Positions 37,177 through 50,525 of a stretch of DNA of 64,000 bases are shown here, piece by piece (position 1 is the first letter of the stretch; every line of letters begins with the position of its first letter). This stretch comes from Octopus sinensis (taxonomy: Eukaryota). The position numbers and the translations under genes are program-made. The notes beneath the pieces were generated by a model, which was not told the origin of the DNA, searched no databases, and saw only the letters and a list, made by a program, of their open reading frames with translations. The stretch covers positions 72,726,001 to 72,790,000 of the forward strand of contig NC_043008.1 in NCBI RefSeq assembly GCF_006345805.1, given 5' to 3'.

Positions 37177-37734
37177 GTGTGTGTATGTATGTATGTATGT
37201 ATTATATATATAGTTCAAATTTACAGGAAACAAAAGACAAAGACAGGTGAGGGAACATCAAGCAGGTGTATTAGTTTGATGCTCAGGAAGAATGGTAAAG
37301 TTTTTGATGTTTCAAGTCTATGCTCTTTGACAGAAAGGGTAGAGTGGTAAAAAAAAAATGACGGAGAGAGAATGAAAATAAAAAAGAGTGAGAAAAGAAT
37401 GTATAAGGATTAAAGATTCAACATGACGAAATGATCAGAAGAGGCTGAGTGGAAGGGAGGATATAACAGTGAGCCAGCTGAACTAGGGTGTGTAAGTGCA
37501 TGTGTATATGAAGAATGGTGGCTGTGAGTGAGTGTGTGTGTGTGTGTTAATGGGGTGATCATGTGTGAATGTATGTGTGGGTGAGCTTAAAATTATGTGG
37601 TCTTGTGTATGTGCATGGGAGCGTTTGTGTATGTGTGTATACTGTGATATGCTAATTGATATACACACATACATAGAAACACCTTACAGGCATAATGTTA
37701 ATTTACTAGTATCATTCCATTTTCACTTTCTTTA

Positions 37735-38170
37735 TTCAGATTACAACACCAAGTGGCAGGACAAATGTACCAAAACAGAGGTTCTTGCAAAATGCCACAC
37801 ATTAGGCATAGACAGTTTCCTTTTGAAAGTGTAAAAGGGGCGGGTTGACCATGTGGTGCACATGGTAGACATCTGTTGATATAAAACTATGTTGTATAGT
37901 CAGCTTAGCTCTGGTGCCTGGCACCAAGGCAGACTACTTCTCCATTATAAAAACATGCTATAAAATCACTTGAAAATTTGCTTGAGAAATCTGGATGTAT
38001 GGGAATTGGTAGCACTCAATAAAGTTCAGTGGAGAAGCTCTTTTTACTAAGCTAGCTCTGACTTTGGGCTCTAGCATAGAGCTTGGTCCAATCTCCCTCC
38101 AGATGGTGGAGATATCCACTGCAATGTTTGGCACAGGATTTGTCTGAATTCCCACATGAAATGACATGTC
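37735..38170 (+). mobile_element. RTE/BovB-like LINE 3' fragment
   Basis: KWQDKCTKTEVLAKCHTLGIDSFLLKV...DHVVHM...MLYSQLSSGAWHQGRLLLHYKNML. Confidence 0.8.
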
Positions 38171-38830
38171 AAATCATCAAACTGAGAATATTAAAGCTGT
38201 GCCTTGTTGAATCCTCAGTCGGCTAAGTGATGAGAGAATCCAGTGGTGTGCGTGTGTGTGTGTATGCACATATGTGTGTATACATATGATACATGTGTAT
38301 ATTTACACATATATGTATTCATTTGTGTATTCTCTTATTCTTTTACTTGTTTCAGTCATTTGATTATGGCCATGCAGGAGCACTGCCTCTTAGTTGAACA
38401 AATTGACTCCAGGACTTATTCCTTGTAAGCCTAGTACTTATTCTATAGATCTCTTTTGCTGAACTACTAAGTTACGGAAACATAAGCACACCAACATCAG
38501 TTGTCAAGCAATAGTGGTGGTGGTGAAGGGGGGAACAAATACAGATGCATAAACACACACACACACACACACACATAAACAACAGGCTTCTTTCAGTTTC
38601 TGTCTACCAAATCTACTCACAAGGCTTTGGTCAGCCTGAGGCTATAGTAGAAGACACTTGCTTTAGTTGTCACGCAGTGGGATTGAACCCAGAACCATGT
38701 GGTTGGGAAGCAAGCTTCTTTTCACACAGCCATGCTGTGTATATTTGCATATGTAGGTATTTCTATCTATCTACCTGTCTATGTATACATAAATGTATGT
38801 ATGTGTGTGTGTGTGTCTCTGTGTGTATGC

Positions 38831-38878
<48 letters not shown>

Positions 38879-38895
38879 ATATAAAATACACACAC

Positions 38896-38926
<31 letters not shown>

Positions 38927-40959
38927 TAGAATGAGAGATAGAGATAAATAGATATGGATGTATGTGAATTTATGTGTATGTGTATAAATGTATACACATT
39001 CACACATATATACACACATACATACACACATACCTACCATCATACACATGTATATGGGAAGTTATGACTATGCAGTTGAAAATCTTGCTTCCCAACCTAG
39101 TGATCTTGGATTCAGTTCCACATGCAAGTATTAGCACCAGGCAGGTCATCCAGCTGTATAGAATCTGCCTCAACAAATTCTGTCCAAGCCATGCTCTCAT
39201 GGAATTGTATGTGTTAAATCTTGATGATGATAAGATATGCATTTGTGAGTATATCTTTTACCTTTTACTTGTTTCAGTCATTGGACTATGGCCATGTTGG
39301 AACACCACCTTGAAGAATTTTAGTTGGAGAAATCAACCCCAGAGCTTACTTCTTTTTAAGCCTAGTATTTATTCCATATGTTTTTTTGCTGAAGCGCTAA
39401 GTTACAGGTATGTAAACAAGCCAACATTGTATTTCAAGCAGTGGTGGGTGACAAACATATACACAACGAAACACACAAGCATGCGTGTGCACGCACACAC
39501 ACACACACACACAAATAAATTGATAGATAGATAGCCAGAGGGAGAGAGCAAAAGCGAGGGAGAGAGAGAGATACGCCATCTGCTTCTTTCAGTTTCTGCT
39601 TACCAAATCCACTCACAAGGTTTTGGGTTGGCATGGCGATATAGCAGATGACCCTTGTGCAAAGTGTCCCACAGTGGGATTGAACTTGAATCCATGTGGC
39701 TGGAAAGTAGGCTTCTTACTGCATAGCCACACCTGCACCTATACATGTATATATACACACATGCAAAAGCACGCGCGCACACACACACACACACACTCAT
39801 ATATTAGTGACCACCACCAAAAACTTACATCTTGTAAAGTTTATGGAGAGTAAGATCAAATAGACAAAGAGCCCAGTTTACAAAAGACCACCTCTTGGTT
39901 CCTCTGAGCCAATGTTAAATAAATTGACCCAATTATGCAACACAATGACAACATACAAACTGTCAGCTATTTACATGGCTGCTTATCCAATAACCTATTG
40001 ATCCAGCCGTCTACATTCTTATAGATACATATATTTATATATAATATACATATAAACAAATGTGCACACACATATGCATACATATATCATATCATGTATA
40101 TGTATATATGTGTGCATAAGTGCTTGAACATATATTTGTTTGGCAGTATGTATGTACATATATATATATTTTGTTTGTTTGTAATTACATCTACATAATA
40201 TAAATATATATACACATGCACACATATGTCTGTATGTATGTACATATCTACATATGTATTTTAGTATGTATGCCTATTTGTAAGTATATGTATGTATGTA
40301 TGTGTATTTATCTATGTATGCATATATATATATGTTTGTATGTATGTATGTATGTATGTATGTATGTATACACATACACACACAGAGGCATACACGTACA
40401 TATTAATGCCTATGTGTATGTATGCGTGTATAGAAGTTAAATCCACAAACTGGGACTGGCTCTACCAGACTTTGTATGAATTTAACCAACAGGTCATGGT
40501 TCTGTGAAATAAAATAGATTGTTTGATAAATTCACTAATGAGACTATTTATAAGAAGCTAACTGATATACTCAACAGTCATTCAGTTTTATTCAATAAGA
40601 ATTACTTTTAAATAGCTTGTAAATAAATTTTCTTTGCTTCTCATTCAGTTTTTCACAAAAATACATTTTCAATATTTTTTTTTTCTTGAATAGCTAAAAA
40701 TAATTTGGGCTGATAACATTTTTGATAAAAATAATTTGATACATAACTAAAAAGAAAAATACAGAAACAAGGGAGAAAATATAAAATACTCATAGTACAT
40801 ATATATATATACACACACACTCACAAACAAAATGATATTTGCAAAAAATATCATAAGACATATCTATTTGTCATACTTTAAAATATCATGTATTATATTT
40901 TGACGTGAATGAGGGGAAAAATACTGAACAATTTGTTGTTGTTGTTATTATTATTATTA

Positions 40960-41028
<69 letters not shown>

Positions 41029-43319
41029 CATATAGGAAGTATTGAAAAGGAAAGAGAATGCTTAAAGAAAATTATAAAGATTTTTTTTTCCGATATATAA
41101 GAGGAGAATGTAATAAAAATAGAAGAAAAAAATATGCTTCATTTGTTAGGCTAAATTTTGGTATATTGATGGAAATCTTCACAGAGTATTGCTAAAGTTG
41201 GAATTGAAGAAGAAAATTGGGAGAGGAAAAAAACACATACAAAAAGAAAACAAAAAATACAAGCAAAGTAAACAAAAGAATTATTTTATGCATTGATTGA
41301 TCAATTCAAGAATTTATTTCAGTTTTAGCATGAGATTAATGAGTTAGCCAATTCCAAAGAAGAAATTGCTTAATGAATCGTAGTTTCACCCAGTCTGCAT
41401 GGTTTTGCCACTGTGGATAGCGCTTAATTTTGTGGAGAATAAAAAGCAGAGAGAATAAGAAGAACCAAGTGAGTGAAAGGTCAAGTGATGTGATTACTTG
41501 TTTACAACACAATTAAAGAGACAGTCTAAAATAGCCCACAACACTAAAACACTATGACAATCTTCAAAAGATATGTTTTAGTGTTTTGGGGTTGTTTTTC
41601 CAACTCACACTGATAATAAAAAAGAAGAAGAATACACAAGATGATAAAGATATTTTGGTAAAGAAGAGAGAGAGAGGGGGAAAGTATTTCTTAGAAATAC
41701 AATGAATACTGCACAAGTAATTCTACACAATTCTGTAATGGAATTCAATATTTCTAAGCAAGGCATCAAGCGGTTTTTCATTGAATTTTACTAATCATCT
41801 CTTTAATTCCACCAATCTGAGCAATTTAAGTGGGATTTGAACAAAAGGAAAAACCAGTGGAGATTTTTGAGATTTTCTTCACAAAATTATCATTCTAGAC
41901 ACTCAATTTAAATTCTCTGTTGAATGAAATATTTTATTGCTGATTCAGTAAATTCTTTGACAATGGAAAATTAGCCAATGGTATGTATCACAGACACTTG
42001 TAGATTGAAAAACATTTGGCTCAGGCTATATAGTTGTAAACAGGTGCATCCATTAATCCAGCTTACTACAGCAGAATTGTATACATAATGGAGGGTTTGT
42101 AATTTCACACTCTACAGTTCACTTACTCTAAACCAAGAGAAAGTAACAAATATCTGTAGGAATGGCAGTGTGATAAGTAGCTTGCTTACCAACCACATGG
42201 TTCTGGGTTCAGTCCCACTGTGTGGCACCTTGAGCAAGTGTCTTCTGCTATAGCCTCGGGCCAACCAAAGCCTTGTGAGTGGATTTGGTAGATGGAAACA
42301 GAAAGAAGCCTGTCATATATATGTATATATATATGTATGTGTGTGTATATGTTTGTGTGTCTGTGTTTGTCCCCCCAACATCGTTTGACAACCGATGCTG
42401 GTGTGTTTATGTCCCAGTAACTTAGCGGTTCAGCAAAAGAGACAAATAGAATAAGTACTAGGCTTACAAAGAATAAGTCCTGAAGTCAATTTGCTTGACT
42501 AAAGTCGGTGCTCCAGCATGGCCACAGTCAAATGACTGAAACATGTAAAAGAGTAAAAGAGTAACCTGTTTGAGAGTACCAATGCTTGAGTTGATAAATT
42601 TGCATAACTTAGCATTAACTATATATACACGTTATTGTATATATGTTAGTAAAGACATAAATGGCCAAGTCTACCTTGCTATAAATAGGTTCCACTTAAC
42701 ATGATCAACATTTGCAAGAAAGAGCATTGAGAGCATTGTGAAAGTGATGAGTGTTTCATTATCGTGCAGTGCTAGGTTTAGTTTCTCTTGTGGGTAGTAT
42801 AATAGTTTGGAGGTGAGTGTGATCAAATGGCTTTCATCATACTATCCTTAAATACCCAGAACATAGTGTTCAAAGGTTTTGTAACTGTGTCACTTGCTAT
42901 TGCCTAAATACAATACTGCCTAAATACAATACTGGATTTGTGTGTTACTGCAAGCTTTGACCTAGGTTCACTTACCAGAGATACTGGGATGGAGATGTGT
43001 GTCACTTCCCTGAGACACATTACTCAGAATCCCAGTGTTCATGAGTCTCATCTGGTCATATCATTGAGAGCAATTAATGTACAATATTGTGTCTGTATGT
43101 AAAGACAGACTTCTCTCTATCCTAATAATACTATAGTAAGAAGGAGCCACTGGCGTAGTAGTGTGTTCTCACTCAATGAACTCCTATTCGCTGCTAATCT
43201 AACATTCTGATCCAGATGTTGCTAGGCAACAGCCAGCCATCAACAAGAGGTTAAAAGTCAAGTGCAAAAGAGAGAAATGAAGAGTTGCAATATTGCACAA
43301 AGGTTTCAGTTTTCATTGA

Positions 43320-43795
43320 AATAGAATATAAATGATGATGATGATGATCACCATCATCATTGCACATCTATTGATGATCATTATAGTTCTTGCAATGATA
43401 AAGACGACGACGATGATGATGATGATTGTGACAATGATAAGGATCATTAAAGCGAAAATATTAAAAAATATTAATAAAAGGATAAGGATGAGGTGATTAT
43501 GGAGATGATGGCACCTTTAGTGTCTGGTGGTGCCGGTGGTACCGGTGGTGTTGGTGGTGGTGGTGGTGGTGGTAGGGTAATTATGACAATGATAAGAGTC
43601 ATTAAAGCTAGAATAATGATTATGATTAAGATCTGCTTTATGACTGAAATAATAATGATAATTATTACATCATCATCAATTCCAATTATGTAAATATCAA
43701 TAATAACAACAACAGCACCACGATGACAGCAACAACGACGATAACAGTAGTATTACAAGTTATAACAACAACAACAACAACAACAATGATATGAT
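43320..43795. repeat. Mixed trinucleotide low-complexity block: (GAT)n, (GGT)n, (AAC)n
   Basis: Direct inspection. Confidence 0.85.
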
Positions 43796-44101
43796 AACTA
43801 TTCAGGGTGTTGTACTAAATACTGAAATATTCTGTGGAATAATTCCTGAAAAGTATTGCATTACTTTGTAATTCTTTGTTTGTTGAGTGGAGCCCAGTGT
43901 GTGTGTGTGTGTGTGTGTTTGAAGGAGAGATGTTCCATATGTTCGACTTTATATCTATAACACATAAGGTAATATATATTTATATGTTTTAAACTTGTGT
44001 GTGCGTGTATGGTGTGTGTATGTAGCATCCAACCAGCTAAGTTCTTGTGTGTAAGAGTTTTGTAAGTTGCTTCTACATATGTAAATGTTAGTGTGTGTAT
44101 G

Positions 44102-44138
<37 letters not shown>

Positions 44139-44331
44139 ACACACAGACCAAGATGTATGTATGCTTGTATAACAAATATTTAACTTCTGTGTGTGTGTAT
44201 GAGAAGCTGGTGTACATGTACTTCATAACTAAATTACCAGTGTGTATACATGTATAAGTAAAATAACTAAATGTTATTGTTGTGTATGTGTGTATATACA
44301 TGTATGTTTAACAAACTAAGCTGTATGTATA

Positions 44332-44375
<44 letters not shown>

Positions 44376-44679
44376 GCGCACATACACACACACACATATG
44401 TGTATGTGTATATGTGTGTGTGTTTGTGTATATATATACATACATACACACATACATACATATATATATATATATATGACTACCAAAGCTCTACATGAGT
44501 GAGCAAGAACACATATGTGTACCAACTATCTAAGCTATGTGTATATATAACTAACTACCTAAGCGGTGTATATATACTTAAGCTGTGTGTATACAACACA
44601 ACTACCTAAGCTGTGTGTTTTGACAAAACAAAGAGGATTTTGATAAAATCTTTCAATGAACACTAACATCACTTTCAGT

Positions 44680-45095
44680 TGTTGGTGGCATTGATGGTGG
44701 TGGTGGTTTTTGTGAAAGTAGTTGTGACAGTAGTTGGTGGTGGTAGTAGTGGTGTTGTTAATATTGACTGTAGTTATAGTAGAAGTAGCTGTGGATGGTG
44801 GTGGTAACTAGTAGTAGTAGTAGTAGTAACCATAGTTGTTTGTATTGTTGGTAGTAGTGTTGTTGGGGACTTTTGCTCTAGTAGTAATTGCTATGGTTGT
44901 TGTCTGATAATGGTGTTGTTGTAGGTGGTGGTGGTGTCTCTTGTAGTTGTTGGTGTAAACAGTTTATGAAGCAATCATATGAAGTATCAGAGATGTGACA
45001 GTGTTGTGACTTTGGTGTGGTGGTGTGGTGGTAGTATAAGCATGATATAGTATGTGGTGTAGCATGATGTGATATAGTATAGTGCTGCATGATGT
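44680..45095. repeat. (GGT)/(GTA) repeats grading into a degenerate 5-bp-period TG-based satellite
   Basis: Repeated tgtgg/tagtg/tgatg-type pentamers; a second block lies at about 46940-47115. Confidence 0.7.
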
Positions 45096-45336
45096 GAGGT
45101 GTTTTTGTCTTTTCTTTCCTTCTTTGTACTTGTTTCAGTCATTAGACTATGGCCATGCTGGGGGCTTTGCCTTGAAGAATTTTAGTCAAACGAATTGACC
45201 CCAGTGCTTACTTTTTAAAACCTGATACTTATTCTGTCAGTCTCTTTTGCCAAATCACTAAGTTATAAGAACTTAAACACACCAACACTAGTTGTTAAAC
45301 AGTGATGGGAAGAAATACTCACACACACACACACAT

Positions 45337-45377
<41 letters not shown>

Positions 45378-45622
45378 TGCATTCACGCATACATATGAGG
45401 GGTGCAGCAAAGTTCTTTGCTTTAAGGGTATTGCAAAAGGTTTAGCTAGAGGCCCAAACTTCCAAGTTCTTTTACAGGGCTTAGCAAAACTGAAGGACCA
45501 CTGCAATAAGTGTGTGAATCTGAGAGGGGAATATGTTGACTAAAATCCTAATAAACTGATTCTCCTGTATTTTCTTTCGCCTAAAGCCAGGAACTTTTCA
45601 GCACTGTCTCGTAGATATCAAG

Positions 45623-45798
45623 AAAGAACACAAATGGATTAAGGTTCACTACAGCTGTTTCAGACACATTTTTATTGATGAATAAACTGATTACATCATA
45701 TAAAAAATCAGTATTTTTCACAATGTTATCAGTTTATTCATCAACAAAAGAAAACATGTCTCAGACAGCTGTAGAACCTTAATCCATTTGTGTTCTTT
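45623..45798. repeat. Long imperfect palindrome (about 75-bp arms); MITE-like
   Basis: aaagaacacaaatggattaaggttc...gatgaataaactgattacat versus atgttatcagtttattcatc...gaaccttaatccatttgtgttcttt. Confidence 0.85.
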
Positions 45799-46148
45799 GT
45801 TTCAGTAAATACTACATTTGGAACCTTCACTATGTTGGATCTGGAACTCACAGTGAATCGCAAAACTATGCACTGGCCTGCTGGTGTGTATATAATTTCA
45901 TATACATGTATATTTATATAGATATATGTGTTTTTATTTGTTCATATGCATGTGCATGTAAGTGTTGAGACAGGTCTGTATATGCACTGGTATATGCATA
46001 AGTGTCCCTATGCAGTATGTGCATGGATGTGTTAATCTTGACCTTAATTTGGTGTCCTTGTTTTTGAAATATTTTGATTTATATGAATGCTAAAAACAAT
46101 CAATATTATAGATAGATAGATAGATAGATAGATACATACATACATACA

Positions 46149-46182
<34 letters not shown>

Positions 46183-46204
46183 CAGACAGACAGACAGACA
46201 AACA

Positions 46205-46680
46205 GAAACTGTACAGGTGTGGAAATCAGCTGCCAAGTGGATGTATACATAAAGCTAAAGTCCAATGTAAAAGAAAATACCTATACTGAACTGTTGAGGA
46301 ATCTACAGCTACTCTATCCAGATTACAAGTTCTGGTTTATAGCTGTAATTATTGGAGCACTGGGATATGTAACACACTGCCTAAATACCAGTCTTGAGAA
46401 ACAAGGTTTCTCAGAACTAGAAAAGAGAAAGCTCATTTGAAGACTAGAGATTGAAGCCATCACTGAAACTGTGAAGATCTGTAATACTTTCCAGAATTTT
46501 ATCATTTAAATATTTATGAACATGTCTAGACATGCAGCTAATATTCATGAAAATACAAACATAATACAAAACATACAAGTCTACACATATACATACATAC
46601 AAAAATGCCCTGTTGATGCTGCTGAAGTTTCTGTGAAGGAGCTTTGGATTGAAGTTAGAAACCAGCTCTTTATTGGCAAG
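46205..46680 (+). mobile_element. REL-type non-LTR retrotransposon 3' end and UTR
   Basis: [51 protein letters not shown]...VKICNTF*: the D..KE..Y..L and (P)VIIGALG motifs of the restriction-like endonuclease. Confidence 0.75.
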
Positions 46681-46721
46681 AAATACTGAATATGACATAC
46701 ATACACACATACATACATACA

Positions 46722-46782
<61 letters not shown>

Positions 46783-47384
46783 GATAGGCTTCTTACAGTT
46801 TCCAACTAACAAATCCTTTCATAAGGATTTGTCAGCCCAAAGCTATAATAGAAGACTCTTGTCCAATGTGCCACACAGTAGAATAGAACCCAGAACCTTG
46901 TGGTTGGGAAGCAAACTTCTGGTTACTCTTGTACCTGTTTCTGATGTAATATGATATAGTATGGAGTAATGTGTGGTATGATTCCTAATAGGGTGGTGTA
47001 ATGTGCCTTATTGTGCTGGTGCAGTGTGATGTTGCCTAATGTGAAATGGCGTTGTGTAGTAGGTTCCTGTTGTATAGTATTGTGTAATGTGGTGAAGTGC
47101 TGTTTGGTGTGGCTTGTAAAAGATATTTGGTCAGCCAAACAACTTAGTGCCATTCACAAAGCTGTCAATTTTACATCATTCCACTGATGTATTAGCCATA
47201 ACCAGACTATATTTTAAGCAGATAATGTCTCTGTCATTGACGGTAATGTGTGATGGGAGAAATTTGGCTGCTATTTCAAGCAGTTTATCATCTGATACTC
47301 TAATGCTATATGGAGGTAGCAACATTACCTGGATCCACTGTAGCAGAAGGGTGAAAGTTTTATTTTTGAGACTAACAGGGGGTG

Positions 47385-47424
<40 letters not shown>

Positions 47425-47429
<5 letters not shown>

Positions 47430-48215
47430 AAGATTGTGTATTTATGTCTGTGCTAGAGATAGGGAAGAAGAGCTGACAATGGTAGTTCTTTATTGTACTA
47501 GGTCAGAGTAAGAGAACAGTAAGGAGGGTTGGACATTGAGTAGTTTATCTAATGTAGATAAATGAGAGTGGAGAAGGGGAGGAAATTGAAGGACAAGCGA
47601 AAGACAGAGAGAAGCAAAGAGAGACAGACAAAAACAATGTGAGTGAGACAAAGGTTGATGGAGGTGCGGAGAGTGAGACTACGGAGATTATGAAAGATTA
47701 AAAGATTATGAAAGAATGGAAGGAGAGAGAATATAAAAGATGGGAGACAGAGATGTATAATATAGAATGTATATACGTGTGTGAGAGTATATACAAAGAG
47801 AAGAGAGAGAGAGAGAGAGAAAGAAAGATTGTGTATTTATGTCTGTGCTAGAGATAGGGAAGAAGAGCTGACAATGGTAGTTCTTTATTGTACTAGGTCA
47901 GAGTAAGAGAACAGTAAGGAGGGTTGGACATTGAGTAGTTTATCTAATGTAGATAAATGAGAGTGGAGAAGGGGAGGAAATTGAAGGACAAGCGAAAGAC
48001 AGAGAGAAGCAAAGAGAGACAGACAAAAACAATGTGAGTGAGACAAAGGTTGATGGAGGTGCGGAGAGTGAGACTACGGAGATTATGAAAGATTAAAAGA
48101 TTATGAAAGAATGGAAGGAGAGAGAATATAAAAGATGGGAGACAGAGATGTATAATATAGAATGTATATACGTGTGTGAGAGTATATACAAAGAGAAAGA
48201 GAGAGAGAGAGAGAG
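47425..48215. repeat. Perfect 395-bp tandem duplication bounded by (AG)n tracts
   Basis: gattgtg at 47432 and 47827; atacaaagag at 47791 and 48186; no differences seen by eye outside the AG runs. Confidence 0.92.
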
Positions 48216-48480
48216 TCTGTAGTTGGTCTTTTATTATTTAATTCTTAAAGTTAAACAGGAAAACAAAAATATAACAAAAAAGAAATTCTTTGAAAAACGG
48301 AATAAATTCCAACTCCATTAATGGAATCAGAACAGCAAGATAAAGCAGGAATGAAGAGATGAAGCACTACAGAAATTGGTTTGGTACAAAACTATAGGAT
48401 AACTAAATGTCTGTCTTAGACTTTGACCATTATCATCTCTTCTTCAGATATTCCACTCATAATATAATTATTATGAAAGG

Positions 48481-48530
<50 letters not shown>

Positions 48531-49819
48531 GAACGTTGTTGTTGGTGGTGGTGGTGGTAGTAGTAATGTGTCGGAGAAACTTTAGCTGTTGTTTAAAGGA
48601 TATTATCTGATAAGAGACAAAGTGTTAGAGATACACCTGAAAAGAGGCGTAACAGGGAGCTGAGAGTCAGACGCACGAACACACAACAGTTACACACAGA
48701 CACATACATTTGTGTGTTTGTGTGTGAAAGCACTTGTGCTGGTGTCATGTAAAAGTACCACTTCCATGTAGAAGTGCCTTTTCTTGTTCCAAGTAAAAGT
48801 GCCCATACCAGTGCTATGTAAAAGCACTTAATACACTCTGAAAAATGGTTGGGAAAAGGAAGGGCATCCAGTGGTAGAGACCATGCCAAAACAAACAAAT
48901 GGAGCCTGGGCAGTGCTCCAGCTGGCTAACTCCTGTGAAACCATGAAACCCATGCTAGCCTGGGTTAGATGATGATGATGATGATGATGATGATGATAAT
49001 ATACTGAAAGTTAGTTCATAATAGATGCAGAAGAATCTATTCTTTTACTTGTTTCAGTCATTTGACTGTGGCCAAGCTGTAGCACCGCCTTTAGTCAAGC
49101 TAATCAAGCCCAGGACTTATTCTTTGTAAGCCTAGTACTTATTCTATCAGTATCTTTTGCAAAATCACTAGGTTACGGGCATGTAAACACACCAGCATTG
49201 GTCGTTGAGCGATGTTGGGGAAACAAACACAGATACACAAACATATACGCATATATGCATATATATATATATATATATATGACAGGCTTCTTTCAGTTTC
49301 TGCTTGCCAAATCCACTCTCAAGGCTGTGGTCAGCCCAAGGCTATAGTAGAAGACACTTGCCCAAGGTACCATGCAATGGGTCTGAACCCGGAACCATGT
49401 GGTTCGTAAGCAAGCTACTTACCACACAGCCACTCCTGCATACACTTGAGTCAACTTTGTTGTGGACACTATCCAGTGTAATAAGGATCTTCTATAATGT
49501 TACACAACCTGCTATGAACATCAACCAAATTTTCCTCACATTGTTCTTTACTAAATTAAAGTGGAAAGACACAATAGCTATGGTAGTTCTAGTTATACTG
49601 TGTTCAAGACTTAAAGAAAATAAAGAGAAATAAAACAATGATGCCCTTGGCTGAATATCTTATATGATAAGTCTGTTGAGAGATCAGGGATAACAACAGC
49701 AGACTGGACAGAATCAAAAGTACATGTCGAGAGACGTAAAACACTGAATCTGAAGAAAAATTGTGTGGCTTAGAAATTCACATGTAATTATTTTTATTAT
49801 CATTATCACTACTGCTATT

Positions 49820-50490
49820 AAGGCAGCGAGCTGGCAGATCATTAGCTCACTGGACGAAATGCCTGGTGGTGTTTCATCCATTGCAACATTCTGAATTCAA
49901 ATTACGCTGAGGTTGACTTTGCCTTTCATCCTTTTGGGGTCAATAAAATAAGTACCAGCAGATCACTGGTATTGATATAATTTACTAGTACCCTCCCTAC
50001 CAAATTTCAGACCTTGAGCTTTCAGTAGAAAGGACTACTACTACTACTACTAAATCCTACTATAGGTACAAGGCTTTGAATTTGTGGGGATGGGGACAGT
50101 TGATTACATTAACCCCCAGCACTTGACTGGTACTTGATTTATCAACCCCGCAAGGATGAATGGCCAAGTTGATCTCGGCGAATTTGAACTCAGAATGTAA
50201 AGAAAGACGAAATACTGCTAAGCATTTCATCCTGCGTGCTAATGATTCTGCCATCTTGCTGCCTTACTCGCTGCCTAAATAATCCTTTCTACTGTAGATA
50301 CAAGGCCTGAAATTTCAGGGAAGGAGGCTAGTTGATTACATCAACCTCAGTACTCAACTGATACTTTTTTATTGACCCCAAAATGATGAAAGTCAAAGTT
50401 GCCCCAGCAGAATTTAAATTTAGAACATAAAGACAGATGAAATGCTTTGCAGTATTTCACCCAGCACACTAACAATTCTGCAAGCCCGCT
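49820..50490. mobile_element. Three family A SINEs: a tail-to-tail inverted pair plus a tandem copy
   Basis: About 49820-50030 (+), a (CTA)n spacer, 50052-50268 (-) and 50282-50490 (-). Further copies at about 51155-51268, 51810-51950, 54885-55050, 55088-55303 and 62790-62990 (-), and 57215-57420 and 59410-59622 (+). Confidence 0.85.
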
Positions 50491-50525
50491 GCATTGTTCA
50501 CTGCTCTAATAATAATAATTATAAC

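Noticed and set aside
43493-43693. Gly/Ile/Met-rich ORF
   Set aside because: Product of (GGT)n and (GAT)n low-complexity sequence.
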